Source: Actinomycetes bacterium
GTDB lineage: Bacteria > Actinomycetota > Thermoleophilia > BMS3ABIN01
Reading direction: 5' to 3'
Length of the DNA: 41,352 bases
Assembly: GCA_021790075.1 (NCBI GenBank)
Contig: JAJYIN010000002.1
Coordinates: 1 to 41,352 of the forward strand
Position numbers and translations under genes: made by a program. This document shows, one piece after another, positions 1 through 7,576 of this stretch (its first letter is position 1; every line of letters begins with the position of its first letter). The notes below the pieces were generated by a model that was not told where the DNA came from, did not search any database, and was given only the letters and a program-made list of their open reading frames with translations.

Positions 1-1
1 G

Positions 2-148
2 CAGGCTGCCTTCCACACCCAGTCCCTGCTGATCTCTGACTGGATCGTCGCCTTCCTGGCCGGAAGCGTGGTTCTCTGGGCGGTGGAGCTTTTCAAGCTG
101 CTTTCCCGCTCACGCGACTGGGCTACGGGCAAGATACCACTTCGCTAG
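2..148 (+). CDS. 3' fragment of a membrane protein gene, possibly a cation-transporting P-type ATPase (5' part lies outside the window)
   Basis: The frame is open from the window edge to TAG at 146-148. The translation QAAFHTQSLLISDWIVAFLAGSVVLWAVELFKLLSRSRDWATGKIPLR is a terminal hydrophobic helix plus a basic tail, as at the C-terminus of P-type ATPases. It is too short for a firm call. Confidence 0.35.
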   Translation, partial: QAAFHTQSLLISDWIVAFLAGSVVLWAVELFKLLSRSRDWATGKIPLR

Positions 149-162
149 CGCGATCACGCTAC

Positions 163-257
163 CCGCCTCTGGCGTACCCGCCGGCGCATCTTCCATTGCG
201 CCCAACTTCCCTATTGTCGTACCTTCCTCTGCGTCCAAACCCGCCGGCGCATCTTCC
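163..257. repeat. Two-copy imperfect direct repeat upstream of the helicase gene
   Basis: A perfect 19-nt core ACCCGCCGGCGCATCTTCC occurs at 176-194 and 239-257, 63 bp apart. Each copy is preceded by CCTCTG(G)CGT. Confidence 0.8.
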
Positions 258-282
258 CCCGCGGCTGGGGTAAGATAGGCAC

Positions 283-2553
283 ATGGTCCGCCTCTCACCT
301 GAACAGTTCCCCCAGATCACAGCCGTCACGCATCAGGCCGCCCGTCCCGGAGAGCACGAGGAGATGCCGCCGGAACTGGCGGCGCCGGTCAAGGAGGCGC
401 TTGCCGCCGCGGGCATCCGGCGTCTTTATTCGCACCAGGCCGGCGCCTGGAAGCTGGCGCGCGCCGGACGCAACGTGGTAGTCACTACCGCCAGCGCCAG
501 CGGCAAGTCACTCTGCTTCAACCTGCCGGTGCTGGATGAGCTGGCCCAGAGCGACCGGTCGCGGGCCCTCTTTCTTTATCCCACCAAGGCGCTCACCCAG
601 GATCAGGTGCGCAAGCTGCAGGGGCTGCGGCTCAAGTTTGTGCGGCCGGGCATTTATGACGGAGACACGCCCGCCGCCGACCGCCCACAGATCAGGCGGC
701 GAGCCAACATCCTGCTTACCAACCCGGACATGCTGAACGTGGGCATCCTGCCCCACCGCGGCGCCTGGGAGGATTTCTTCTTCAACCTCAAGTATGTGGT
801 TGTCGATGAGGCCCATTCTTACCGGGGCGTTTTCGGTTCCCACGTGGCCAATGTCATCCGCCGCCTGCGCCGCATCTGCTCGATGTACGGCAGTGAGCCG
901 GTTTTCCTGCTAACTACCGCCACCATCGCCAACCCCGGGGAACTGGCCGCCGCTCTCACCGGACTCGATTTCGAGCTGGTGTCCCGGGACGGCTCACCGC
1001 GGGGGGAAAGGCAGATAGTCTTCTGGAACCCGCCCCTGGTCGACGCCGCCCTGGGTTTGCGCAAGAGCATTTTCGGCGAGACCGCCGGCCTGTTTGCCGA
1101 CCTGCTGCGGCAGGGTGTCCGCACCATCGTCTTTACCCGGACCCGCAAGGGCTGCGAGCTCATCTATAACTACAGCCGCAGGCTGCTGGAGGAAAAGGAC
1201 CGGGAGCTGGCGGAGGCGGTCTCGCCCTACCGGGGCGGTTACACGCCTGCCCAGCGCCGGGACATCGAGAAAGGACTGTTCGAGGACCGGCTCCTGGGCG
1301 TGGTTTCCACCAATGCCCTGGAACTGGGAATCGACGTCGGCGGCATCGATGCCGTCATCTCGGCCACCTTTCCCGGCACGGTCGCCAGCCTCTGGCAGCA
1401 ATGGGGCCGGGCGGGCCGGGGGGCGCAGCCGAGCCTGGCCGTGTTCATCGCCGGGATGGACGCCCTGGACCAGTTCTTCATGAACCATCCGGACCAGCTG
1501 CTGGAACGGGATGTGGAAGCGGCCATCCTGGACTTTCAGAACCCGCAGATCTTTGCCGGCCATCTGGCGGCGGCGGCTTTCGAAGCTCCCCTGGAGCCGG
1601 ACGACGAGCGCTTTTTCGGCCCGGGTATGGCGGCGGCGGCCGTCCGCCTGGCTGCGGAACGGCGGCTGCGCCGGCGGGAAGACGTTTTTGTTTACGCCCG
1701 GTCCGACTTCCCCGCCGCCGCCATTTCCCTGAGGTCCTCCTCTGCGGACGCCTTTTCGATCATCGAGGAGCAAACCGGCGCCGTTCTCGGTGAGGTGGAG
1801 GCGGATCGCGCCTTTTTCTTCGTCCACCCCGGGGCTATCTATCTGCATCTGGGAGAGGTCTACCAGGTGCGGCATCTCGACATCGATGGGCGGGTGGCGT
1901 TGGTGCGCCCGGTCGTGGCCGACTACTACACCCTGCCGAAAAAAGAGACTTCGGTCGAGATCGTCGAGCGCGGCCTGCGGCGCCGCTCGGGCCGGATTGA
2001 GCTATCCTTTGGCCGCCTGCTGGTGACCGAACAGGTGATCGCCTACCAGAAGAAACTGCTGGCCGACAACCAGGTGCTGGAATTCGTCGACCTGGAGCTG
2101 CCGGAGCAGAACTTCGAGACGGAAGGGCTCTGGTTCTCTCTGCCGGAAGAGATCGTCGAACAGATTCCACCCCAGGAGCTGGCGGGGGGCATCCACGCCA
2201 CCGAGCACGGCCTCATCGCCCTCCTGCCTCTCTATGCCATGTGCGACCGCTGGGATATCGGCGGCCTCTCCGCCGAGATGCACTGGCAGACGGGCGGGCC
2301 TACCATCTTCGTTTACGACGGCCACCCGGGCGGCATCGGCATCACCCGGTCCGGCTTCCACAGTTTCGAGGAACTGGCCGCCGACTCCCTGAAACTGATA
2401 TCGGGCTGCCCGTGCGACTCGGGCTGCCCTTCCTGCATCCAGTCCCCCAAGTGCGGCAACCTGAACGAGCCGCTCAGCAAGGTGGAAGCAGTCCGGATCC
2501 TCAAGATGATCAGCAGGGCAAAGGCGCCGGAGGAAAAGTGTGCAAACGGTTGA
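283..2553 (+). CDS. DEAD/DEAH-box superfamily-2 helicase with a C-terminal DUF1998 Cys4 domain (MrfA/YprA/SftH type)
   Basis: Walker A TASASGKS and motif II VVDEAHSY are present, plus a helicase C domain (STNALELGIDVG, QQWGRAGR). The C-terminal CPCDSGCPSCIQSPKCGN metal-binding cluster is typical of DUF1998. Confidence 0.9.
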   Translation: MVRLSPEQFPQITAVTHQAARPGEHEEMPPELAAPVKEALAAAGIRRLYSHQAGAWKLARAGRNVVVTTASASGKSLCFNLPVLDELAQSDRSRALFLYPTKALTQDQVRKLQGLRLKFVRPGIYDGDTPAADRPQIRRRANILLTNPDMLNVGILPHRGAWEDFFFNLKYVVVDEAHSYRGVFGSHVANVIRRLRRICSMYGSEPVFLLTTATIANPGELAAALTGLDFELVSRDGSPRGERQIVFWNPPLVDAALGLRKSIFGETAGLFADLLRQGVRTIVFTRTRKGCELIYNYSRRLLEEKDRELAEAVSPYRGGYTPAQRRDIEKGLFEDRLLGVVSTNALELGIDVGGIDAVISATFPGTVASLWQQWGRAGRGAQPSLAVFIAGMDALDQFFMNHPDQLLERDVEAAILDFQNPQIFAGHLAAAAFEAPLEPDDERFFGPGMAAAAVRLAAERRLRRREDVFVYARSDFPAAAISLRSSSADAFSIIEEQTGAVLGEVEADRAFFFVHPGAIYLHLGEVYQVRHLDIDGRVALVRPVVADYYTLPKKETSVEIVERGLRRRSGRIELSFGRLLVTEQVIAYQKKLLADNQVLEFVDLELPEQNFETEGLWFSLPEEIVEQIPPQELAGGIHATEHGLIALLPLYAMCDRWDIGGLSAEMHWQTGGPTIFVYDGHPGGIGITRSGFHSFEELAADSLKLISGCPCDSGCPSCIQSPKCGNLNEPLSKVEAVRILKMISRAKAPEEKCANG

Positions 2554-2568
2554 GCCAGTGTTAAAATC

Positions 2569-3039
2569 ATGGTCATGTCCAGGAAGTACATTTCTGTCAT
2601 AGGCGGTTCCCAATGCGATGAAGGCATCGCCACCCTCGCCGAAGAAGTCGGCCGGCTGGTGGCGGCGGGCGGCGCGGTGCTGGTCTGCGGCGGCGGAGGC
2701 GGGGTGATGGAACATGCCTGCCGCGGAGCCCGCCAGGCTGGCGGCGTCACCATCGGCATCCTCCCCGGCGATGACAGGGCGGAAGGCAACCCTTTCCTGG
2801 ACTATGCAATCTGTACCGGTATCGGCCATGCCCGCAACCTGGCCGTCGTCAGCAGCGGCGACGCCGTCATCGCCGTAGGCGGATCGTTCGGCACCCTCTC
2901 CGAGATCGGCCTGGCGCGCATCCGCAGCCGGCCGGTTTTTCTGCTGTCAAGCTGGGATGTCAGCAGAAATGGCAACATCCCCGAAGGAATCATCCCGGTT
3001 TCATCGCCGGCAGAAGCCGTCCGCCTGGCGCTGGCGTGA
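2569..3039 (+). CDS. LOG/TIGR00725-family (Rossmann, lysine-decarboxylase-like) protein
   Basis: The 156-aa product has ISVIGGS...LVCGGGGGVMEHACRGA...GILP...AVGGSFGTLSEI motifs characteristic of the LOG/SLOG superfamily. It lies 15 nt downstream of the helicase stop. Confidence 0.75.
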   Translation: MVMSRKYISVIGGSQCDEGIATLAEEVGRLVAAGGAVLVCGGGGGVMEHACRGARQAGGVTIGILPGDDRAEGNPFLDYAICTGIGHARNLAVVSSGDAVIAVGGSFGTLSEIGLARIRSRPVFLLSSWDVSRNGNIPEGIIPVSSPAEAVRLALA

Positions 3040-3256
3040 TCTGGTTCCGGCATAGCTAGACCCCGCCTCGCCTTGGCGTCATCTGGTTCCTGCATGACCC
3101 CGACCCCACATCGCCTTGGCGTGAGGTTCCGGCAGGGGCGGACACAGCCTGGCGCTGGCGTAAACCCGCACCTGTTTGCGTCAAATCCGGACTACATTTG
3201 TCAGAAATATATCAAGGATTTGGGGCTTGTCAAGACGTGGGAAGGCGTGATACACT
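3021..3256 (+). repeat. Degenerate phased direct-repeat array with T(G/T)GCGTNA cores in the leader of the small peptide gene
   Basis: Cores lie at 3032-3039, 3074-3081, 3117-3124, 3156-3163, 3176-3183 and 3243-3250. The first two 33-nt units (3021-3053 and 3063-3095) differ at about 4 positions. The first three cores are spaced 42 and 43 bp apart. Confidence 0.75.
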
Positions 3257-3335
3257 TCGACCCCTCGGCGTTCTGGGTGGGGACCTCAAATCCTTGCTGA
3301 GAGTTTTTTGCACATTTGCAGAAGGGAGGATGGGG

Positions 3336-3461
3336 ATGAAGAAGAAGGCACAGTCCTACGAGAAGCCCGTGCTCGTCAAGCGCGAGAACTTGAAGGACAT
3401 CACCTTCGAGTGCCCCAACTGGCAGTGCAGCGTAGTGGTGCCGCCACCGCCGGCGCCGTAG
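3336..3461 (+). CDS. 41-aa stand-alone peptide, RiPP-precursor-like (lasso/RRE-type leader motif plus a Cys/Trp/Pro-rich tail)
   Basis: The product is MKKKAQSYEKPVLVKRENLKDITFECPNWQCSVVVPPPPAP. A strong SD AAGGGAGG (3322-3329) lies 6 nt before the ATG at 3336. An intrinsic terminator follows 25 nt after the stop. The leader fits YxxPxLx(9)T-x. Confidence 0.6.
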   Translation: MKKKAQSYEKPVLVKRENLKDITFECPNWQCSVVVPPPPAP

Positions 3462-3485
3462 GGCCTCGCGACAATTTCATATTTT

Positions 3486-3513
3486 AAAAGGACGGCCATG
3501 GCCGTCCTTTTTT
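3486..3513. terminator. Bidirectional rho-independent terminator shared by the peptide gene (+) and hemC (-)
   Basis: AAAA-GGACGGCC-AT-GGCCGTCC-TTTTTT forms a perfect 8-bp GC-rich palindromic stem. It is flanked by an A-tract and a T-tract and sits between convergent stops at 3461 and 3536. Confidence 0.85.
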
Positions 3514-3535
3514 CGCTGGCTCCCGACCTGCCGGA

Positions 3536-4504
3536 TCAGGTCCAATAACCGGTATTTTCGCCTGCGGGCGCTTCCCGCACCTCGTTCAGGATCTCCTCAC
3601 CGCCGGACTCGAACATTTTCTTTCCCAATTGCTCACCCAGATTCTCCGCCAGGATGACCGGCCCCTCGATGCTGTCCCTGATGAACCTCTTGCCGTCCAG
3701 CGAGCCCAGATAAGCCCGCAGGATTAGCTTGTCCCCGGAGACAGTGGCATGGGCGCCGATCGGCACCTGGCAGCCACCTTCCAGCCAGCGCATCAAGGCG
3801 CGCTCAGCCTGCACCGCCGCCGTTGAGGCGGCGTCATCGTGAACCGTCACCAGGTCGCGGGTCGCGCCGTCCCCCTCGCGCACTTCGATAGCGATCACTC
3901 CCTGGCCGACCGCGGGAATCATCTCTTCCACGGAAAAATAGAAAGACACCTCGCTCTCACGCTCCAGCCGCTTGACGCCCGCCGCCGCCAGGATGGTGCC
4001 GTCCAGGCCGAGTTCAGCGATCTTGCGGATGCGGGTATCAACATTGCCCCTGATATCAACTATCTCCAGGTCCGGCCTCAGGGCCAGCAGCTGGGAGCGG
4101 CGGCGGAGGCTGCTGGTGCCGATGCGGGCGCCCTCGGGAAGGTCCGCCAGGCCGCCGGCCTGGCCCAGAAAAGCGTCACGTGGGTCCTCCCTGGCTCCAA
4201 GGGCCCCGATCATCAGGCCCTCCGGCAATTCAGTAGGCAGGTCCTTGGAGCTGTGGACGGCCAGGTCGATATCGCCGCTTAAGAGGGCGGTCTCGATCTC
4301 CTTGACGAAAAGCCCCTTGTCGCCGATCTCGGCCAGGGGGGAATCGAGGACCTTGTCTCCGGAAGTGGTGATCTTCTGGATCTTTACCGAAAGGTCGACG
4401 TTGTGCTTCTGCAGGGTCCAAGCCACGTGGTGCGCCTGAAACAAGGCCAGCTCGCTGCCTCTGGTTCCCAGTATGACACGCCTGGCGGCCGCTTCTTTAT
4501 TCAT
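3536..4504 (-). CDS. hemC: Hydroxymethylbilane synthase (porphobilinogen deaminase)
   Basis: The N-terminus has ILGTRGSELALFQA, with TSGDK, SSKDLP and GTSSLRR motifs. I chose the start at the ATG at 4504 (MNKEAAARRVILGTRGS), which overlaps the hemA stop by 8 nt. The longer ORF reaching 4597 is probably read-through of the frame. Confidence 0.9.
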   Translation of the reverse strand: MNKEAAARRVILGTRGSELALFQAHHVAWTLQKHNVDLSVKIQKITTSGDKVLDSPLAEIGDKGLFVKEIETALLSGDIDLAVHSSKDLPTELPEGLMIGALGAREDPRDAFLGQAGGLADLPEGARIGTSSLRRRSQLLALRPDLEIVDIRGNVDTRIRKIAELGLDGTILAAAGVKRLERESEVSFYFSVEEMIPAVGQGVIAIEVREGDGATRDLVTVHDDAASTAAVQAERALMRWLEGGCQVPIGAHATVSGDKLILRAYLGSLDGKRFIRDSIEGPVILAENLGEQLGKKMFESGGEEILNEVREAPAGENTGYWT

Positions 4505-5906
4505 CCCTGTCGCTGCCGCCGCTGCCGGCCATCTCTTCCCGGGGCCGTTCCGGTTCGCCCGCCCCGGACACTTCTTCCCGGGGAGGTTCCAGTTCATCGA
4601 CCCTGGACACTTCTTCCGTGGGCCGTGCCAGTTTCTTGTGGCCGTTCAGCTTGAACAGGCGGCGCATCGATTCCACATAAAGGTAGCCGCCGCGCTCGTT
4701 CGATGCCCGTTTCAGCTCCACCGTGGGACTGTGCAGGATCTTGTTGACGATACCCGACGCCATGGCCTCGATGCGGTTGCGGTCCTCCTCGGAGAGGTCG
4801 CCGTTGAACTTGCTGAGCGCTCTGGCCACCTCCGCCTCCTTGATCTCTTCCACCAGCTGCCGCAGAGCGGTGATGGTCGGCACCACATCCAGGCTGGAAA
4901 GCCACTGGGTGAAATTGAGCACTTCCTCGCCAATAATCTTTTCCGCCTTTTGTGCTTCCTTGCGGCGCGCTACCGCGTTGGCTTCGGCAACCTCGTTGAG
5001 ATCGTCGATGTCGTAGAGGAAGGCGTTGTAAACGTCGTTGACGCCGGGGTCGATATCACGGGGAACCGCGATGTCAATAAAGAAGATCGGCTTGTTGTGG
5101 CGCTGGCGCATGGCCTTTTCCACCTGGCCCTTGCGCAGCACGTAGTGAGGCGCGCCCGTGGAACTGATAACGATGTCCGCCAGGGGCAGGTAATCGGCAA
5201 GATCGTCGAAGCGGATGGCCTGGCCGTTGAACCTGTCCGCCATCTCTTCCGCCCGGCTGAACGTGCGGTTGCCCACCATGATGCTGGAGATGCCGTGCGA
5301 GAGCAGGTGGGTAGCGGTCAGCTCCCCCATCTTGCCGGCGCCCAGCAGCATGACGGTGCGGCCTTCCAGGTTGTCAAACACCTTTTTGGCCATCTCCACG
5401 GCTACCGACGACACCGACACGGGGTTCTCGCCGATGGCGGTTTCGGTGCGCACGCGCTTGCCCACTTCGAGGGAGTGGCGGAAAAGCCGGTTGAGGAGCA
5501 CGCTGGTGGTTTCACGGGCGTGGGCGTCGTGATAGGCCGCCTTGATCTGGCCCAGGATCTGGGCCTCGCCCACCACCAGGGAATCGAGGCTGCCGGCCAC
5601 CTTGTAAAGATGGCGGACGGCGCTCTCACCCTCGTAATAGTAAGAGCTGTCCTCCAGTTCTTCCCGGTCCACGCCGGCGAGGTGCGCCAGGGCAGCGAGC
5701 ACTTCGCGGTTGCCGGTTTCGGGGCGGGAGACAACCACGTAGATTTCGGTGCGGTTGCAGGTGGAAAGGGGAACGGCTTCCAGCACGCCGGCACTGTCCA
5801 GCAGTTTCTGGGAGAGAACCCCGCACTTCTCTCCATCAAGGGAAACCTTTTCCCGCAACTCCACGGGGGCGGTTTTATGATTTATGCCTAATACCGCGAG
5901 ATGCAT
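4497..5906 (-). CDS. hemA: Glutamyl-tRNA reductase with an unusual repetitive acidic C-terminal tail
   Basis: MHLAVLGINHKTAPVELRE, the STCNRTEIY active-site motif and the LLGAGKMGE NADPH site are all present. Confidence 0.92.
   Translation of the reverse strand: MHLAVLGINHKTAPVELREKVSLDGEKCGVLSQKLLDSAGVLEAVPLSTCNRTEIYVVVSRPETGNREVLAALAHLAGVDREELEDSSYYYEGESAVRHLYKVAGSLDSLVVGEAQILGQIKAAYHDAHARETTSVLLNRLFRHSLEVGKRVRTETAIGENPVSVSSVAVEMAKKVFDNLEGRTVMLLGAGKMGELTATHLLSHGISSIMVGNRTFSRAEEMADRFNGQAIRFDDLADYLPLADIVISSTGAPHYVLRKGQVEKAMRQRHNKPIFFIDIAVPRDIDPGVNDVYNAFLYDIDDLNEVAEANAVARRKEAQKAEKIIGEEVLNFTQWLSSLDVVPTITALRQLVEEIKEAEVARALSKFNGDLSEEDRNRIEAMASGIVNKILHSPTVELKRASNERGGYLYVESMRRLFKLNGHKKLARPTEEVSRVDELEPPREEVSGAGEPERPREEMAGSGGSDRDE
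4512..4628 (-). repeat. 3 x 39-bp in-frame tandem repeat encoding the HemA C-terminal tail
   Basis: The protein units are ARPTEEVSRVDEL / EPPREEVSGAGEP / ERPREEMAGSGGS. On the plus strand, CTTCC(C/G)(G/T)GGG recurs at about 4533, 4572 and 4611. Confidence 0.7.
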
Positions 5907-6514
5907 TTGTCGATCTCCGACTGCGCGGCGGCTTCGCCGCCGCTATGTAAAATTGCCGCCAGGTCCAGCTGCGCCAGTTCCGCCAGGCACTGCCGCTTGG
6001 CGTCCTCATCTTTCACCCGGGCTATCACCTGCCGGCGCGCTTCTCCCAGCAGTTCCAGCGCCCGGGCCCACTCCGGAGGAAACTCTTCTTCCAGCTGCCG
6101 GCGCAAACGTTTCGCCAGGGCCGGCAGCCCGCCGCCCGTGGAGACGGTCAGCATCAGATCGCCGCGGCGGACGGAGGCGGGAACATAAAAATTGCATTGC
6201 CCGGGCCGGTCGACCACGTTCAGCAGCAGCCCCCGGTCCTGAGCCTCTGACTCGACTTCCCGGTTGACCGCCTCGTCATCTGTGGCAGCAATGGCCAGAA
6301 AAGCCCCCTCGAGATCTCCCCGCCGGTAGGGCCTGTCCACATAGTCGAAGCGGCCTTGATGCCTTTCGAACTCAGGGTCAAGCACCGGCGACACCACCTT
6401 CACTTCAGCCCCGCATTCGAGCAGCGACTCCGCCTTGCGCAAAGCCACCTTACCGCCGCCGATTACGACGCAGGGGCGGCCTTCCAGCTTGAGATTGACA
6501 GGGTAAAGCGCCAC
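5888..6514 (-). CDS. Precorrin-2 dehydrogenase / sirohydrochlorin ferrochelatase (SirC / CysG N-terminal / Met8-like)
   Basis: It has the Rossmann motif VVIGGGKVALRKAESLLECGAEVKVVSP and is 208 aa long. It sits between resC and hemA. Confidence 0.85.
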   Translation of the reverse strand: MALYPVNLKLEGRPCVVIGGGKVALRKAESLLECGAEVKVVSPVLDPEFERHQGRFDYVDRPYRRGDLEGAFLAIAATDDEAVNREVESEAQDRGLLLNVVDRPGQCNFYVPASVRRGDLMLTVSTGGGLPALAKRLRRQLEEEFPPEWARALELLGEARRQVIARVKDEDAKRQCLAELAQLDLAAILHSGGEAAAQSEIDKCISRY

Positions 6515-6517
6515 ACC

Positions 6518-7576
6518 TTATCCCACCGAGCCGTAACTGTGGAGCCCGGAAAGCAGCAGGTTGACTCCCAGGTAGGTGAATAGCACCACGACCATGCCGA
6601 TCACGGCCAGCACCGCGGAATGGCGGCCCCGCCATCCCCAGGTCAGCCGCGTATGCAGATAGGCGCCGTAGAAAAGCCAGGTGATGAACGACCAGGTTTC
6701 CTTGGGGTCCCAGCTCCACCAGCTGCCCCAGGCCTGGTCGGCCCAGATGGCGCCGGTGACGATACCGATGGTGACCATGGGGAAACCAAAGGCGATGCCG
6801 CGATAGCTGACCTCGTCCAGCACATCAAGTGAAGGCAGCCGCTTGGAAAATGAAGGCTTGGCGGCGCCCCGGCCGGCCAGGTATCCCAGCCCCAGAGCCA
6901 CTGTCAGCCCCAGGAGGCCGCCGGCCCCGATCTTGAGCCAGTCGCTGGTGGCGTAAATCTTGCTGACGGCGCCCGTTACCGGGTCGGCGATCTTGGCCGG
7001 ATTGGCCCAGGTGGAGCCCAGCCACAGCCCCAGCACCAGCCCCAGGAGGCCAAACATGATCAGGAATGCCATCACGACATTTTGATAGTGTTTTTTGAGC
7101 AGATATTCCTGGACGACATAGAAGAAGCCGGCGCCGAAAGACAGCGCAAAAAATCCGTAGGAAAGCATGGCGATGGAGACGTGGATCCAGAGCCAGTAAC
7201 TCTGAAGCGCCGGCACCAGCGGTTCGGGACCCGTGTAAAACACAAAGGCGACGCTGTTGATGATGAACGCCGTGGGCACCACCAGCGCCCCGGCGGCCCG
7301 GATGGGGTAAAACCGCTCGGCGATCAGATAGAAGAGCACGATGCCCCAGCCGAACACCGACAGCGATTCATACAGGTTCGACATGGGCGCGTGGCCCGAG
7401 CTGATCCAGCGCAGGACCAGCGCCACCGTGTGGGCCGTCAGGCCAAAGACCAGCAGGGCCGTGCCCAGCTTCGCGGTCATGGCATTGCGCGTGATCAGGT
7501 GCCAAATGTAAAGGCCGCTGCATACCAGGTACGAAATAACCGCAATAATGAAGAGTATCTCTTCTACCTTAGCCAT
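6518..7576 (-). CDS. ccsA: Cytochrome c biogenesis System II haem-handling protein (CcsA/ResC)
   Basis: It is polytopic, carries the WWD-type motif WGSWWSWDPKETWSFITW, and has conserved His residues. Confidence 0.88.
   Translation of the reverse strand: MAKVEEILFIIAVISYLVCSGLYIWHLITRNAMTAKLGTALLVFGLTAHTVALVLRWISSGHAPMSNLYESLSVFGWGIVLFYLIAERFYPIRAAGALVVPTAFIINSVAFVFYTGPEPLVPALQSYWLWIHVSIAMLSYGFFALSFGAGFFYVVQEYLLKKHYQNVVMAFLIMFGLLGLVLGLWLGSTWANPAKIADPVTGAVSKIYATSDWLKIGAGGLLGLTVALGLGYLAGRGAAKPSFSKRLPSLDVLDEVSYRGIAFGFPMVTIGIVTGAIWADQAWGSWWSWDPKETWSFITWLFYGAYLHTRLTWGWRGRHSAVLAVIGMVVVLFTYLGVNLLLSGLHSYGSVG

Noticed and set aside
110-298. A 62-aa minus-strand ORF with a duplicated EDAPAG motif.
   Set aside because: The duplication simply mirrors the intergenic DNA direct repeat. 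The ORF overlaps the ends of both flanking genes and lacks an SD.
3073-3335. ORF 3073-3300 (75 aa) and the N-terminal extension of the peptide ORF from 3198.
   Set aside because: There is no SD, and the translated sequences resemble no protein family I recognise. The strong SD is positioned for the ATG at 3336, and the region is better explained by repeats and structure.
3336-3461. Calling the small peptide a bona fide lasso peptide precursor.
   Set aside because: The predicted core has no Asp or Glu at positions 7-9 and starts with Glu rather than Gly, Ala, Ser or Cys. No lasso cyclase or leader peptidase gene is nearby. Only the leader motif matches.
4505-4597. The longer hemC start at 4597 (353-aa version).
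   Set aside because: The extra 31 residues are translated from the hemA repeat region in another frame. The conserved HemC N-terminus begins right after the ATG at 4504, which overlaps the hemA stop in the usual coupled arrangement.
4473-5891. A long antisense ORF (472 aa) opposite hemA. Similar mirror ORFs occur at 18915-20207, 22381-23811, 24346-25839, 25867-26754, 29907-31625, 31237-32706, 35479-36624 and 39510-40568.
   Set aside because: Each lies exactly opposite a gene with clear family motifs. They show Arg/Ala/Gly/Pro-heavy composition without recognisable domains or SD sequences. This is the typical stop-codon-poor antisense frame of a high-G+C genome.
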